Both the position numbers and the translations under genes were made by a program. Shown here one piece after another: positions 9,745 through 18,000 of a stretch of 64,000 bases of DNA. Position 1 is the stretch's first letter. Every line of letters starts with the position of its first letter. Below the pieces are notes generated by a model. That model saw only the letters and a program-made list of their open reading frames with translations, searched no databases and was not told the origin of the DNA. The DNA comes from a virus (taxonomy: Duplodnaviria; Heunggongvirae; Uroviricota; Caudoviricetes): IMG/VR virus record IMGVR_UViG_2821091796_000001, positions 1-64,000 of that record; one strand, given 5' to 3'.

Positions 9745-10597
9745 ATGAGGTTTACCTTGCGTCCAATTCACATTCTATCCGGTATCGTCTTTCTCGCCCT
9801 GGCGTTTCTCAGCGTCACTTCGTTCTACACGGTCGATGAAGGCGAACGAGCGGTGATTATCACTCAAGGAAAGATCGTCGGCGTGTCCGAACCTGGTTTT
9901 CATTGGAAGTGGCCATTCATTACTGAAGCTCATACCGTTTCGCTTCGCGATGGTCTCGCCCAGTATGAGAACATAGAGGCCTATACCCGCGATGCGCAGA
10001 CGGCGACGATTCACAAGGTATCGCGTGAAGGCTGAAACGAAGTCAATCCTTGAGGTCTACACCCGCTACGGCACGGCAGAGAATGCCGTTCGCCAGATGA
10101 TTGATCGCAGGATCTCCGAGAGCCTTGAGCGTGTCTTCGGTCAGTTCACAGCTGATACTGCCATCCAGAAACGTGCTGAGCTGGGCGCGCAGTTCTCCGC
10201 GCAGATCAGGGACGCTATAGGTCCGGTCGAGATTGTGAGTGTCCAGATCGAGAACTTCTCGTTCTCCGATGGCTACGAAAAGAACGTAGCCGAGAAGATG
10301 ACGCAGGAGGTAGAGGTCAAGAAGCTTGAGCAGAAAGCTCTGCAGGCCAAAATCACCGCCGATATCACCGTGACCAATGCGAGGGCCGAGGCTGACGCTA
10401 ATCTTGCCCGCGCAACGGCATCTGCTGAAGGTGTGCGTCTGCAGGGTGAAGCCGAGGCCAGTGCGATTAAAGCGAAGTCTGACGCTCTGCGCGAAAGCCC
10501 GAACCTGGTTGAACTGACCAAAGCCGAGCGATGGGATGGAAAACTGCCGACGAGCTTCGTGCCTGGCTCAACAATTCCCTTCGTCAACATCAAGTAA
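9745..10597 (+). CDS. SPFH/Band-7 (prohibitin/HflKC-like) membrane protein, reading frame interrupted (+1 change near 9992-10035)
   Basis: N-terminal TM helix; SPFH core spans two overlapping track ORFs (9745..10035 and 9992..10597) in different frames; C-terminal coiled coil. Confidence 0.55.
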
Positions 10598-10621
10598 CAG
10601 TCCTCCCAGGCTGAAACGAAA

Positions 10622-10648
10622 GGGCGTGCTGCGGCACGCCCTTTTTCG
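10622..10648 (+). terminator. rho-independent terminator
   Basis: gggcgtgc-tgcg-gcacgccc followed by TTTTT. Confidence 0.6.
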
Positions 10649-10749
10649 TTGTCTACAGCGTGCCACGGCTGATCCCATGCGCATTTACCAGCCGATCGCC
10701 ATTTCAGCGCGTGCGAGTATCAATCATCGCAACACGAAGGAGACGCGCG

Positions 10750-11028
10750 ATGGCTTTGATTTACGATGAGAACAACAAATCAGACTTCACTGGCTCGATT
10801 GATCGCATCAACGGCACGAACGCTTATCTGCGCCATTACGCAAACTACCTCTATTTAACTTTTATCCTTGCCAATGGCACGCGCGTCGAAAAGCAGGACG
10901 CATCCAAGGAACTGATCATATGCGAGCGCAAGATGAAGTTCTGGCAAAGACACCCTCGCTACGTCCACGAAGATGCAATGCGTGGCATCGAGCAGCTCAA
11001 GCGAGATTGGGACTCAAAGGCAGCATAG
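10750..11028 (+). CDS. hypothetical protein
   Basis: 92 aa ORF. Confidence 0.4.
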   Translation: MALIYDENNKSDFTGSIDRINGTNAYLRHYANYLYLTFILANGTRVEKQDASKELIICERKMKFWQRHPRYVHEDAMRGIEQLKRDWDSKAA

Positions 11029-11135
11029 ATACCCGATTTCAACCCAAAGTGCTTCGTGAGATAGTAACGATATGACGATTTCGTTATTTCGTTCTCTGAA
11101 CTACAATGCGCTTTCACGCACAAGGAGACGATATA

Positions 11136-11300
11136 ATGAAACGAAATCCGATTGCTCGGGCGCTGGCGTCCGGACACCTCAAACAGCAGAAGATCCGCCC
11201 GAAGAAAGGGAAAGGATCATTTAGACGCAAAAAGGATGACACGGATGCAGATCGACAAGTTCGACAAGATCGCCTACGCGAATATCACACACGCCATTAG
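11136..11300 (+). CDS. ArfA-like (alternative ribosome-rescue factor A family) small protein
   Basis: MKRNPIARALASGHLKQQKIRPKKGKGSFRRKK resembles ArfA core ...LFRQRVEKNKKGKGSYMRK; overlaps next gene in another frame. Confidence 0.4.
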   Translation: MKRNPIARALASGHLKQQKIRPKKGKGSFRRKKDDTDADRQVRQDRLREYHTRH

Positions 11301-11658
11301 CCTTGCTCTCAAAGAAGTTGGCGATCGCTTCGGCGTTGATTTCAGACCAAATGGCGGACAGACCGGTGTTTCGCAGGGTCGCATTGACCTTCAGGTCAAT
11401 GTTCGCAAGCCATCAGACGGACTCCGCCCAGGCGAGAAGAAGTTCCGAATTGACGCAGGCTACTTCGGACTGCCCAATGAAGCCTTTCACACCATTCTCA
11501 CGCACAAAGGTCGCCGCTTTCGAGTTGTGGGCCTCAATTCCAACGCTCCCGTTTATCCGGTCGAGTGTGAAGCACTGAGTGGCGGGCGCGGCTGCAGGTT
11601 CCCTATTCACACTTTACGGAATGCACTTGAAATGGCAAAAGTGGCCAAAGCTGCCTAA
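11236..11658 (+). CDS. hypothetical protein
   Basis: 141 aa ORF. Confidence 0.4.
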   Translation: MTRMQIDKFDKIAYANITHAISLALKEVGDRFGVDFRPNGGQTGVSQGRIDLQVNVRKPSDGLRPGEKKFRIDAGYFGLPNEAFHTILTHKGRRFRVVGLNSNAPVYPVECEALSGGRGCRFPIHTLRNALEMAKVAKAA

Positions 11659-11686
11659 GCCCAATTCACTTGCATACGGAGACGTG

Positions 11687-11929
11687 ATGATCCTTGAAAT
11701 GATGGTTGTTGTTAAAGTCCTCGGTGGCGCTCCTGGCCCCGAGGTCGTCGTTCATACAGGATCCATCACGGAGCGGGATGTATGTCAGAGCCGGATCGTC
11801 AAGATGAATGCTGCGGAACCGATCGATAAGTTCGATTCCAAGGGACGCCCTATTCTGTCGCAGACCTATAAGTGCCTTCCTATCAGTAACAGCGACATTG
11901 AGGACGCCTATAAAGTTCTCCACAAATAA
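11687..11929 (+). CDS. hypothetical protein
   Basis: 80 aa ORF. Confidence 0.35.
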   Translation: MILEMMVVVKVLGGAPGPEVVVHTGSITERDVCQSRIVKMNAAEPIDKFDSKGRPILSQTYKCLPISNSDIEDAYKVLHK

Positions 11930-11932
11930 CAA

Positions 11933-11957
11933 AAAGCCCGCCGAAAGCGGGCTAAAC
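11933..11957 (-). terminator. rho-independent terminator for minus-strand gene
   Basis: A-run then agcccgc-cgaa-agcgggct on + strand = hairpin plus U-tract on minus strand. Confidence 0.55.
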
Positions 11958-11962
11958 TCTAC

Positions 11963-12190
11963 CTAAGCAGCCTTATCGGCTGAATGCGCGCTCTCATCAT
12001 CGCTGATTGGAAACGTATCTGCGCCAAAGTGCGTTAGGTCGCGTGAAACATCCTCAAGGTTCACGGACTTGTAGGCGTTAAAGTCGTCCAGATTGAAGCT
12101 AATTTTGCGCTCCGCGAAAAACTTCGCGGCGGCGTATTCAATCGCGGTTGTCAGTTGGCAGATGAGGACGGCATACTCAGCATGGCGCAT
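11963..12190 (-). CDS. hypothetical protein (divergently transcribed)
   Basis: 75 aa ORF on minus strand followed by AT-rich divergent promoter region 12191-12433 containing TATAAT. Confidence 0.4.
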   Translation of the reverse strand: MRHAEYAVLICQLTTAIEYAAAKFFAERKISFNLDDFNAYKSVNLEDVSRDLTHFGADTFPISDDESAHSADKAA

Positions 12191-12433
12191 CTTTTGTTAT
12201 CTTTCTTTGGCATGATACTCGGTGATTTCTAGGATTGAATTCCTATCATTAATCTCCCACAAGGGCAATATAGAGTCTGTGCAGGAACGGTCAATTATGA
12301 CCAAAGGGTAAAATATCCGGGTCAGGTGCGACATTCTGTCATCTAGTGGAATTTCGTGCAGCCCACCGAAATTTAGCTATAATGAATAGAAGAATGAACA
12401 ACATTAATAATTTAAATCAAGGAGTTAGTTTTT

Positions 12434-12754
12434 ATGTCGTGCAACGCGCCGAACCTGTTCAAGGAAGTAAAGAGTGAATCTCTGCCTGTGGATAAAGTGT
12501 TTGGTGAAATCAATTGTGGCATAATCATGGCACCCGATGGTTCATCAAAGGTGTTCTCCCACGGAGTAAATCAGGAAGGGTTGCTTAAGCGAGTTGAGGA
12601 CATGACCAAGGACGAGCTCGCGATCTATTGGATGGGACAGAAACTGTTCGCTTTGAACCTTGCTCTTAACAATGAGCAATTGATGGCTATTCTGCTCGAC
12701 GCAGCTACCAATCTTGAAGGTGTCAACGCGGATCCACACCATGCCATCCAATAA
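12434..12754 (+). CDS. hypothetical protein
   Basis: 106 aa ORF with SD aaggag. Confidence 0.4.
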   Translation: MSCNAPNLFKEVKSESLPVDKVFGEINCGIIMAPDGSSKVFSHGVNQEGLLKRVEDMTKDELAIYWMGQKLFALNLALNNEQLMAILLDAATNLEGVNADPHHAIQ

Positions 12755-13163
12755 TTCTCTCGAAGCCATGATCAATGAAATGATCGCCACAGGCATTGGC
12801 GCCAATGGCGGATCAGTCATTGCGTCCATTCGCAACCGGTTGATCAAGGATCCTGAGCTTATTGAGCAGATCGTTCCTGGCAAAAAGCTAGTGGACCGGA
12901 AGATGACGCCGGTTGAACGCAGCAAGATTGCTACGAAAGCGGCCTCTGAACTCCGGAGCCAGGAGGCGGAAAAGCGCGACCAGACGGTATTGCCAATACT
13001 TCGCGAAGCAATCGCGGCAAATCCCGCTATATCACTTCGTGAATTGGCAGCAATTCTGAACAAGAGCGGCATCTATCCACTGCGCGCAAAGAGCTGGTCG
13101 CCTGTCGTAGTCAACAACATACTTTTGAGATCGGAAATCTTTCGTGAACCGTCAGAGAATTGA
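12741..13163 (+). CDS. hypothetical protein
   Basis: 140 aa ORF. Confidence 0.4.
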   Translation: MPSNNSLEAMINEMIATGIGANGGSVIASIRNRLIKDPELIEQIVPGKKLVDRKMTPVERSKIATKAASELRSQEAEKRDQTVLPILREAIAANPAISLRELAAILNKSGIYPLRAKSWSPVVVNNILLRSEIFREPSEN

Positions 13164-13392
13164 ATATGCAACCGAGGGCTTTCTTTCAGCGATGCGTCGT
13201 GAGTTCTTGAAACTGCATCCGGCGGATCCCTGTCCCATCAAGCGGCTGGCTGACTACTCGCCGGCACATCGCAGCGCCTTGATGAATGCAATCGGCATTT
13301 CAATGCGGTTTGGCGAGAAGGAGCGCGACAAGGATTTTGATGCATGGATGAAGAAGCGCGCTGAGGATGTAGCCGCAGCGAACGACGCTTAA
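13144..13392 (+). CDS. hypothetical protein
   Basis: 82 aa ORF. Confidence 0.35.
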   Translation: MNRQRIEYATEGFLSAMRREFLKLHPADPCPIKRLADYSPAHRSALMNAIGISMRFGEKERDKDFDAWMKKRAEDVAAANDA

Positions 13393-13430
13393 CTAAACCG
13401 CCCGACACCCGTTGTCGATTCCGTTAATAA

Positions 13431-13450
13431 GTAAGTCAATAATGATTGAC
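13431..13450. promoter_or_regulatory. palindromic motif copy
   Basis: gtaagtcaataatgattgac. Confidence 0.55.
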
Positions 13451-13463
13451 ATTGGAGAGCCGC

Positions 13464-13631
13464 ATGCTCTACACAATCCTCGTCAACGCAGCGCTGCAAG
13501 ACGGAAAAATGCGCGTTCAGCAGGTTTCAGAAGATGAATTCAAGCTTCAAGTCGGAGTCTTAGGCGCCTGGATAACGATCCAGCGTGCCAAGATCGAACG
13601 ACCAAAGTCAAAACTAGAGGTGGTCGCATGA
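13464..13631 (+). CDS. hypothetical small protein
   Basis: 55 aa; palindromic motif 14 nt upstream. Confidence 0.3.
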   Translation: MLYTILVNAALQDGKMRVQQVSEDEFKLQVGVLGAWITIQRAKIERPKSKLEVVA

Positions 13632-13864
13632 GTGCGATGAAACGGATCATCGCGGCGATCTCGCGGGAAGCCAGGGGCGACCAAGATATTGGCCCCCGCA
13701 AGCTTGAGAGTGTTATTTTATACCTGCGCTGCGGCGAGCGCATTGAAGGCGAGTTATTGCCGGTTACAGATGACAGTTTCGTCCGGATTCTGAGCAGCGG
13801 CGGCATTGTTGAATATGTGCCAAATGACGCGATTGATCTTGCGAGGCCGGTATGGCGGAACTAA
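13628..13864 (+). CDS. hypothetical protein
   Basis: 78 aa ORF. Confidence 0.35.
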   Translation: MSAMKRIIAAISREARGDQDIGPRKLESVILYLRCGERIEGELLPVTDDSFVRILSSGGIVEYVPNDAIDLARPVWRN

Positions 13865-14439
13865 CCCTTACCGAAATTATTAGCGACGGCGTCGTCATGG
13901 TTGAGCCCAAAGCAGACGTTACGGCTTTTCAGAAAATCATGGCTGAGTCCATGAAGAAGATGGCGAGCGAGATAGCCGCCAACTATCTGCTGACGCCGCT
14001 GACCGGCCAGCCCACCGGCACGACATTAACTGCCGAAGCAATGTCATGGGCAATCGGCGGTGCGTATCGTGGCGGTAAGAGCGCCATGCGGGACCTTATT
14101 TACGGAATGAAGATGGAGATGGAGCCTCCTGAGAGGATTGAAGTCATCAAGCCTCGAACCATGGACACATTTCACCATCTATACACGCAGAAATGGTCGG
14201 AAGCGCCAATCACCAAAACGGATATGCCCGTAGCGAAATACGAGACTGAGGGATATCCGTCAGCGACGGTGAAGGTGTTTAAGGAAACCATGGATCCGCG
14301 CGACCCTCTCAATCCGAATCCATCGGCCAAAGGCGGCGTTATCAATTATGTCATCAAATGTGGAGACCGGCGCCTCGGAAGATACCACGCAGAGCCGATT
14401 GCAAATTCAGGCGAAGACGTTTCACGAACGTCTCTGTAA
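13852..14439 (+). CDS. hypothetical protein
   Basis: 195 aa ORF. Confidence 0.4.
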   Translation: MAELTLTEIISDGVVMVEPKADVTAFQKIMAESMKKMASEIAANYLLTPLTGQPTGTTLTAEAMSWAIGGAYRGGKSAMRDLIYGMKMEMEPPERIEVIKPRTMDTFHHLYTQKWSEAPITKTDMPVAKYETEGYPSATVKVFKETMDPRDPLNPNPSAKGGVINYVIKCGDRRLGRYHAEPIANSGEDVSRTSL

Positions 14440-14540
14440 AGGACTCGATGAGAGAAACCATCAGATTAAGGTGGAAAAGCAAAAGAGAAATCCGAACTTC
14501 GGACGTTTCTAACCTGGACTTACCGTCCGCGATCCAACGC

Positions 14541-14569
14541 GAATATTGATATCAATCATTATTGATTGA
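14541..14569. promoter_or_regulatory. palindromic motif copy (composite, two overlapping palindromes)
   Basis: gaatattgatatcaatcattattgattga. Confidence 0.55.
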
Positions 14570-14586
14570 ACACACGGAGAGGACAA

Positions 14587-14868
14587 ATGAACACCACAAT
14601 GGAGTCAGCCGTCACGTTGAATTGGCGTCAAGGCTTCCGCGACCGCGGCATGGAACTATATGAGTTCAACGACGCAACGACTGTTCGCACCATGCTGCGT
14701 TTCGGGCGGGAGTGGATTAGGGACGACGATGCAGTTGTCGCCCTGCTCTGCGGTTTTCCGGACGATCAGGCGGAATGGATTGCGGATACGAAGCCGACGC
14801 GGGACAAGCTCATCACAGTGATCGAGGAATTAGAAGGCTGGCTCGAGTGCAAAGGGCTCGTCGAATGA
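14587..14868 (+). CDS. hypothetical protein
   Basis: 93 aa; SD ggagagga; palindromic motif upstream. Confidence 0.35.
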   Translation: MNTTMESAVTLNWRQGFRDRGMELYEFNDATTVRTMLRFGREWIRDDDAVVALLCGFPDDQAEWIADTKPTRDKLITVIEELEGWLECKGLVE

Positions 14869-15131
14869 GTCTCACCGTCCTCAAACCAGTCGTGATCAAG
14901 CCTGCTCCGGTTCAAACTCCGCAGTGCTGCATCGAAGTTCCCGCACCTGGCCACAACCAGACCTGGCGCAATCGCTACAGGAACAAGCGTCCGCATCTTG
15001 ATCCAGACCTCTGTCAGCACGCTTCGACCGTCAAGATTGACGGCAAGCATTACTGCACACCCCATGCCGGCCAGTTGGCACTCAAGAAGTGGCTCGCGGG
15101 TGAATTAATTGAGAAGGAAAAGAAACAATGA
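14865..15131 (+). CDS. hypothetical Cys-containing protein
   Basis: 88 aa, ATGA overlap with upstream gene. Confidence 0.35.
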   Translation: MSLTVLKPVVIKPAPVQTPQCCIEVPAPGHNQTWRNRYRNKRPHLDPDLCQHASTVKIDGKHYCTPHAGQLALKKWLAGELIEKEKKQ

Positions 15132-15610
15132 GACAAATCGCAAGGTATATGTTTGACGCCCTGGATGCCGAAGCTTTCCGCGGCGTCAGAGGCATTCAAG
15201 ATGGTGCTTGGCATGTGAACTGGTCTGTTCGCTCCTACAGGATCAACGACAAGGTAGAAGACAATGTTCTAGTCATCCATGCGATAGAGATTGCTGAGCA
15301 ATACCGTCGTCAGGGATACCTGACCGAAGTGTTTCAAGCAATAATCGACCAAGGTGAGATCGGACAGCAAAAGTTCAACTTTATCCTGTTCGAGAACTGC
15401 GGCGAACACCTTCTTGAGTGCCTTCGAACCAAGCTGATGTTCTCCATAACAGATCCTACCTGGCGTCGACTTGCTCATCGGGAAATCGCTCCGTTTCTGC
15501 CATTCGCCAATCGCGATATAGAAGCGCAGCAGAAGCGTTCGGGATCCCAAGCGCGCATTCCCTCGGAAACGTTGATGGATCGCGTGAGTGACGAACCTCG
15601 CGAATCCTGA
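15128..15610 (+). CDS. hypothetical protein
   Basis: 160 aa ORF. Confidence 0.4.
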   Translation: MRQIARYMFDALDAEAFRGVRGIQDGAWHVNWSVRSYRINDKVEDNVLVIHAIEIAEQYRRQGYLTEVFQAIIDQGEIGQQKFNFILFENCGEHLLECLRTKLMFSITDPTWRRLAHREIAPFLPFANRDIEAQQKRSGSQARIPSETLMDRVSDEPRES

Positions 15611-15675
15611 TCTACCCAATCGCTCCCCTGCGCGCATCTGCTATATTGAATAATGTAAGCAGTTAACGAAAAATA

Positions 15676-15695
15676 GTAAGTCATAATTGATTGAC
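15676..15695. promoter_or_regulatory. palindromic motif copy upstream of tRNA cluster
   Basis: gtaagtcataattgattgac, ~170 nt before tRNA-Met. Confidence 0.5.
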
Positions 15696-15863
15696 ATTTG
15701 GTCCCAGAAATGCGAGGAGATAGACATGAAGTTGTAAGCGTAATTGTCCTGGTAACATCACAAAAGCGCCAACCGCAATAAGCGGGACTTTCTGAGGGAT
15801 GCCTATCTCTCGTGCCTGCTCCGGGGCCTAATCCGGAGCAACCAATTCGCCGAAAGGCAACAT

Positions 15864-15941
15864 TGCGGAGTAGAGAAGTGGTCTATCTCGTCTGGCTCAT
15901 AACCAGAAGATCGTCGGTTCGAATCCGACCTTTCGCAACCA
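15864..15941 (+). tRNA. tRNA-Met (anticodon CAT; could be Ile2/initiator type)
   Basis: hand-folded cloverleaf: acceptor tgcggag/tttcgca (2 GU pairs), D-arm gaga-agtggtcta-tctc, anticodon arm tctgg-ctCATaa-ccaga, T-arm gtcgg-ttcgaat-ccgac with one extra nt before acceptor, encoded CCA. Confidence 0.6.
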
Positions 15942-15978
15942 AATTGGCTGGCGCTGAACAGCGACGGCAACGAACTAC

Positions 15979-16054
15979 GGTGTGGTAGCGGAATGGTTAC
16001 GCAGCAGACTGCAACTCTGCATGGATGCTGGTTCGAGCCCAGCCCACACCTCCA
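15979..16054 (+). tRNA. tRNA-Cys (anticodon GCA)
   Basis: acceptor ggtgtgg/ccacacc, anticodon arm gcaga-ctGCAac-tctgc, T-arm gctgg-ttcgagc-ccagc, discriminator T, encoded CCA. Confidence 0.7.
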
Positions 16055-16247
16055 GAGCACCAACGGGGCGGCTGCAGCCAGAGCCCGTTGCGTAAACGTC
16101 AGCGTAGGCGTGACAGTCGGGAGAGATCCGGCACATTGGTCCCGCCGCTCGAAGACTAAAGGATGGATAGTTCGAAACGTCCTTCTGGTGTCAGGGGTGG
16201 CCCTAGAGAGAGCAAGTGGTCAAGGTCGTGCGCAAGACCAAGATCCA

Positions 16248-16275
16248 AGAGGTTCGACTCCTCGGCGGGGCTCCA
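16248..16275 (+). ncRNA. tRNA-like 3' element (T-arm + acceptor strand + CCA); full tRNA not resolved by hand
   Basis: gagg-ttcgact-cctc then gcggggc-t-cca; no canonical 5' acceptor within 90 nt (possible partner gtcccgc at 16139 would give a 137-nt RNA). Confidence 0.3.
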
Positions 16276-16603
16276 AATTCGCCCGAAAGGGCAACCGAGA
16301 GTGGTCCGGTTCGATCCCGGCTCGTTGACCGAGATCTGGTGAGAAAAGCAGGTTCAACTCCTCGCCTCGCGAATGAGGTTCTCTGATCCATGTGGTGATG
16401 GATGGTCTGACAGCTCGGAAAGACGGCACGATATTCGAATGCTCTTGGGGCTCATTGCAGCCGAGGACTTTTCACAGCGGTAGGTGAAGATAGTCTCAAG
16501 AGCTTTGCAGGGCGCGGTTTGCGCATTCGGGAAGCCCCCTAGCTAGGGGCCGAGAGTTTGGCGGCAGATAGGTTCGCGGCCTCCGAGGTGATCGCCGGAG
16601 GCG

Positions 16604-16631
16604 TGAGGTTCAATTCCTCACCCATGCGCCA
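16604..16631 (+). ncRNA. tRNA-like 3' element (T-arm + acceptor strand + CCA); full tRNA not resolved by hand
   Basis: tgagg-ttcaatt-cctca then cccatgc-g-cca; upstream 7-bp hairpin gcctccg...cggaggc; no matching 5' acceptor found. Confidence 0.3.
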
Positions 16632-16648
16632 TTTCTTCGCGCAGTTTC

Positions 16649-16668
16649 GTCAATCAATGGTGATTGAC
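16649..16668. promoter_or_regulatory. palindromic motif copy
   Basis: gtcaatcaatggtgattgac. Confidence 0.55.
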
Positions 16669-16685
16669 TTCGAGGGGAACCACAA

Positions 16686-16829
16686 ATGCTCGATGACCTA
16701 GATACAGGATTCTTCCATACCAAGCCGCGCAAGAAGGAGCTTGGTGTCGTGACAGCGATTCTTGCCATCACCGTCGCGGCCGGCATCGTTGCGCTGCTAA
16801 CCGTCGTGGTCGACTTTATCCAGAACTAA
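16686..16829 (+). CDS. small hydrophobic membrane protein (47 aa, not in ORF track)
   Basis: MLDDLDTGFFHTKPRKKELGVVTAILAITVAAGIVALLTVVVDFIQN; palindromic motif 17 nt upstream. Confidence 0.35.
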   Translation: MLDDLDTGFFHTKPRKKELGVVTAILAITVAAGIVALLTVVVDFIQN

Positions 16830-16889
16830 CCAGCCGATCGCCTGCTCTGTTCGTGAGAAAAACGAGCATGTGCAACTCATGAGAGAAGC

Positions 16890-17174
16890 GTGATGAAACA
16901 ACAGTATAACGAAGCGGAAATAGCGGCGCGGTTCATCTGCGTAGATTGCTCGGTCGATACGTGTGAGAGCAATGAATACTACATGGTGCAGGATGCTGTT
17001 TGGAAAGAGGCAGGTATGACGCCGGATGGTGGAATGCTGTGCCTCGGCTGTCTCGAAGACAGGCTAAAACGCCAGCTCAAGCCGCATGACTTTCCCGACT
17101 ATCCTATCAATCACGGCGTATTCCCACGCTTCGATCGCATGATGAATCGGCTCGGCTATAGAAGAGCTGCATAA
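16890..17174 (+). CDS. hypothetical Cys-rich (zinc-finger-like) protein
   Basis: CVDC...CLGC pairs. Confidence 0.35.
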   Translation: MMKQQYNEAEIAARFICVDCSVDTCESNEYYMVQDAVWKEAGMTPDGGMLCLGCLEDRLKRQLKPHDFPDYPINHGVFPRFDRMMNRLGYRRAA

Positions 17175-17422
17175 TGAGTGAACGCTCTCGTCGATACGAG
17201 GTGCAGCTCTGCGCCATGAAAACCGATGCCGAGGGCTGCCTCACTTATTGCGACGCTACGGTCGAAACTCCGGAGCTCTATTGTGTCTACGTCAAGGAAT
17301 ACTCCGACAACGATGAGACTGAGATCCACGAGGACGAAGACTACGAATCCAAGATCGATGCGTTGGCTCGCGCTGACGAGCTGATCAAGAAATACCACAA
17401 CTGCCCGTTTGAGGAGTATTGA
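17174..17422 (+). CDS. acidic hypothetical protein
   Basis: 82 aa, ATGA overlap. Confidence 0.35.
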   Translation: MSERSRRYEVQLCAMKTDAEGCLTYCDATVETPELYCVYVKEYSDNDETEIHEDEDYESKIDALARADELIKKYHNCPFEEY

Positions 17423-17425
17423 TCC

Positions 17426-17650
17426 ATGTTTTCACTCTACGCCCTCGCCCGCTTCTTCAAGTGGCTCTTTCGCCCTGAGTTTCACCCTCGGTGTGCATAT
17501 ACGCGTGGCTACTATTCGGCGATTTCGCAGCAAGACTTTCACTCATATCCCAGTCCCAATCCGTTCATACCCGGATCTGATGAGTTCCGGGACTGGAATG
17601 CTGGGTTTGCCGACGGTCTTTGCGAAGTTCTGGACAGCACATCGTCGTGA
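17426..17650 (+). CDS. hypothetical protein
   Basis: 74 aa ORF. Confidence 0.3.
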   Translation: MFSLYALARFFKWLFRPEFHPRCAYTRGYYSAISQQDFHSYPSPNPFIPGSDEFRDWNAGFADGLCEVLDSTSS

Positions 17651-17804
17651 TTCGAACATGTGAGGTGTGGACGGAGGAATTGGGAACTCAGTTTTGCCTA
17701 TTCAAGACCGCAATTTAGACATTTTTGGACCGCGTTGCATTTGAGCAACAACGAGCCAATATCGCCTTAAATTCGATGATTTTGACCCTAATCCTTTTGG
17801 GTTA

Positions 17805-17820
17805 GCGTCAAATTTGATCC
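17805..17820. promoter_or_regulatory. palindromic motif copy (core only) upstream of OMP gene
   Basis: gcgtcaaatttgatcc; additional half-sites ttttgaccc, atcaaaattg nearby. Confidence 0.35.
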
Positions 17821-18000
17821 CTTTAACCATCAAAATTGGGCAAAAATGCCATAATTCGTCGCATGCGCGAACTTGGTAATGTCTTACGCTTGCGTCAAAG
17901 TTTGTTGCAGGTTTTCTGAGGTTCGTTACCTATAGAAATTCGTAAGGATTTGGCGAACACTATCGCCTAATCAGAGGTTTTCAGGTCTGGGGAGGACTTA

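Noticed and set aside
15691-15740. Sigma70 promoter for the tRNA cluster using TTGACA from the palindrome's right arm
   Set aside because: There is no acceptable -10 hexamer 16-19 bp downstream. The same holds for other copies, so the TTGAC arm is probably part of the operator and not a -35 element.
16139-16640. One-piece or permuted tmRNA (ssrA) in the structured region after the tRNAs
   Set aside because: The T-arm/acceptor/CCA modules fit, but I find no resume codon plus tag-peptide reading frame ending in ..AA-stop, and no pseudoknot-rich body of adequate length. I leave it as unresolved tRNA-like RNA instead.
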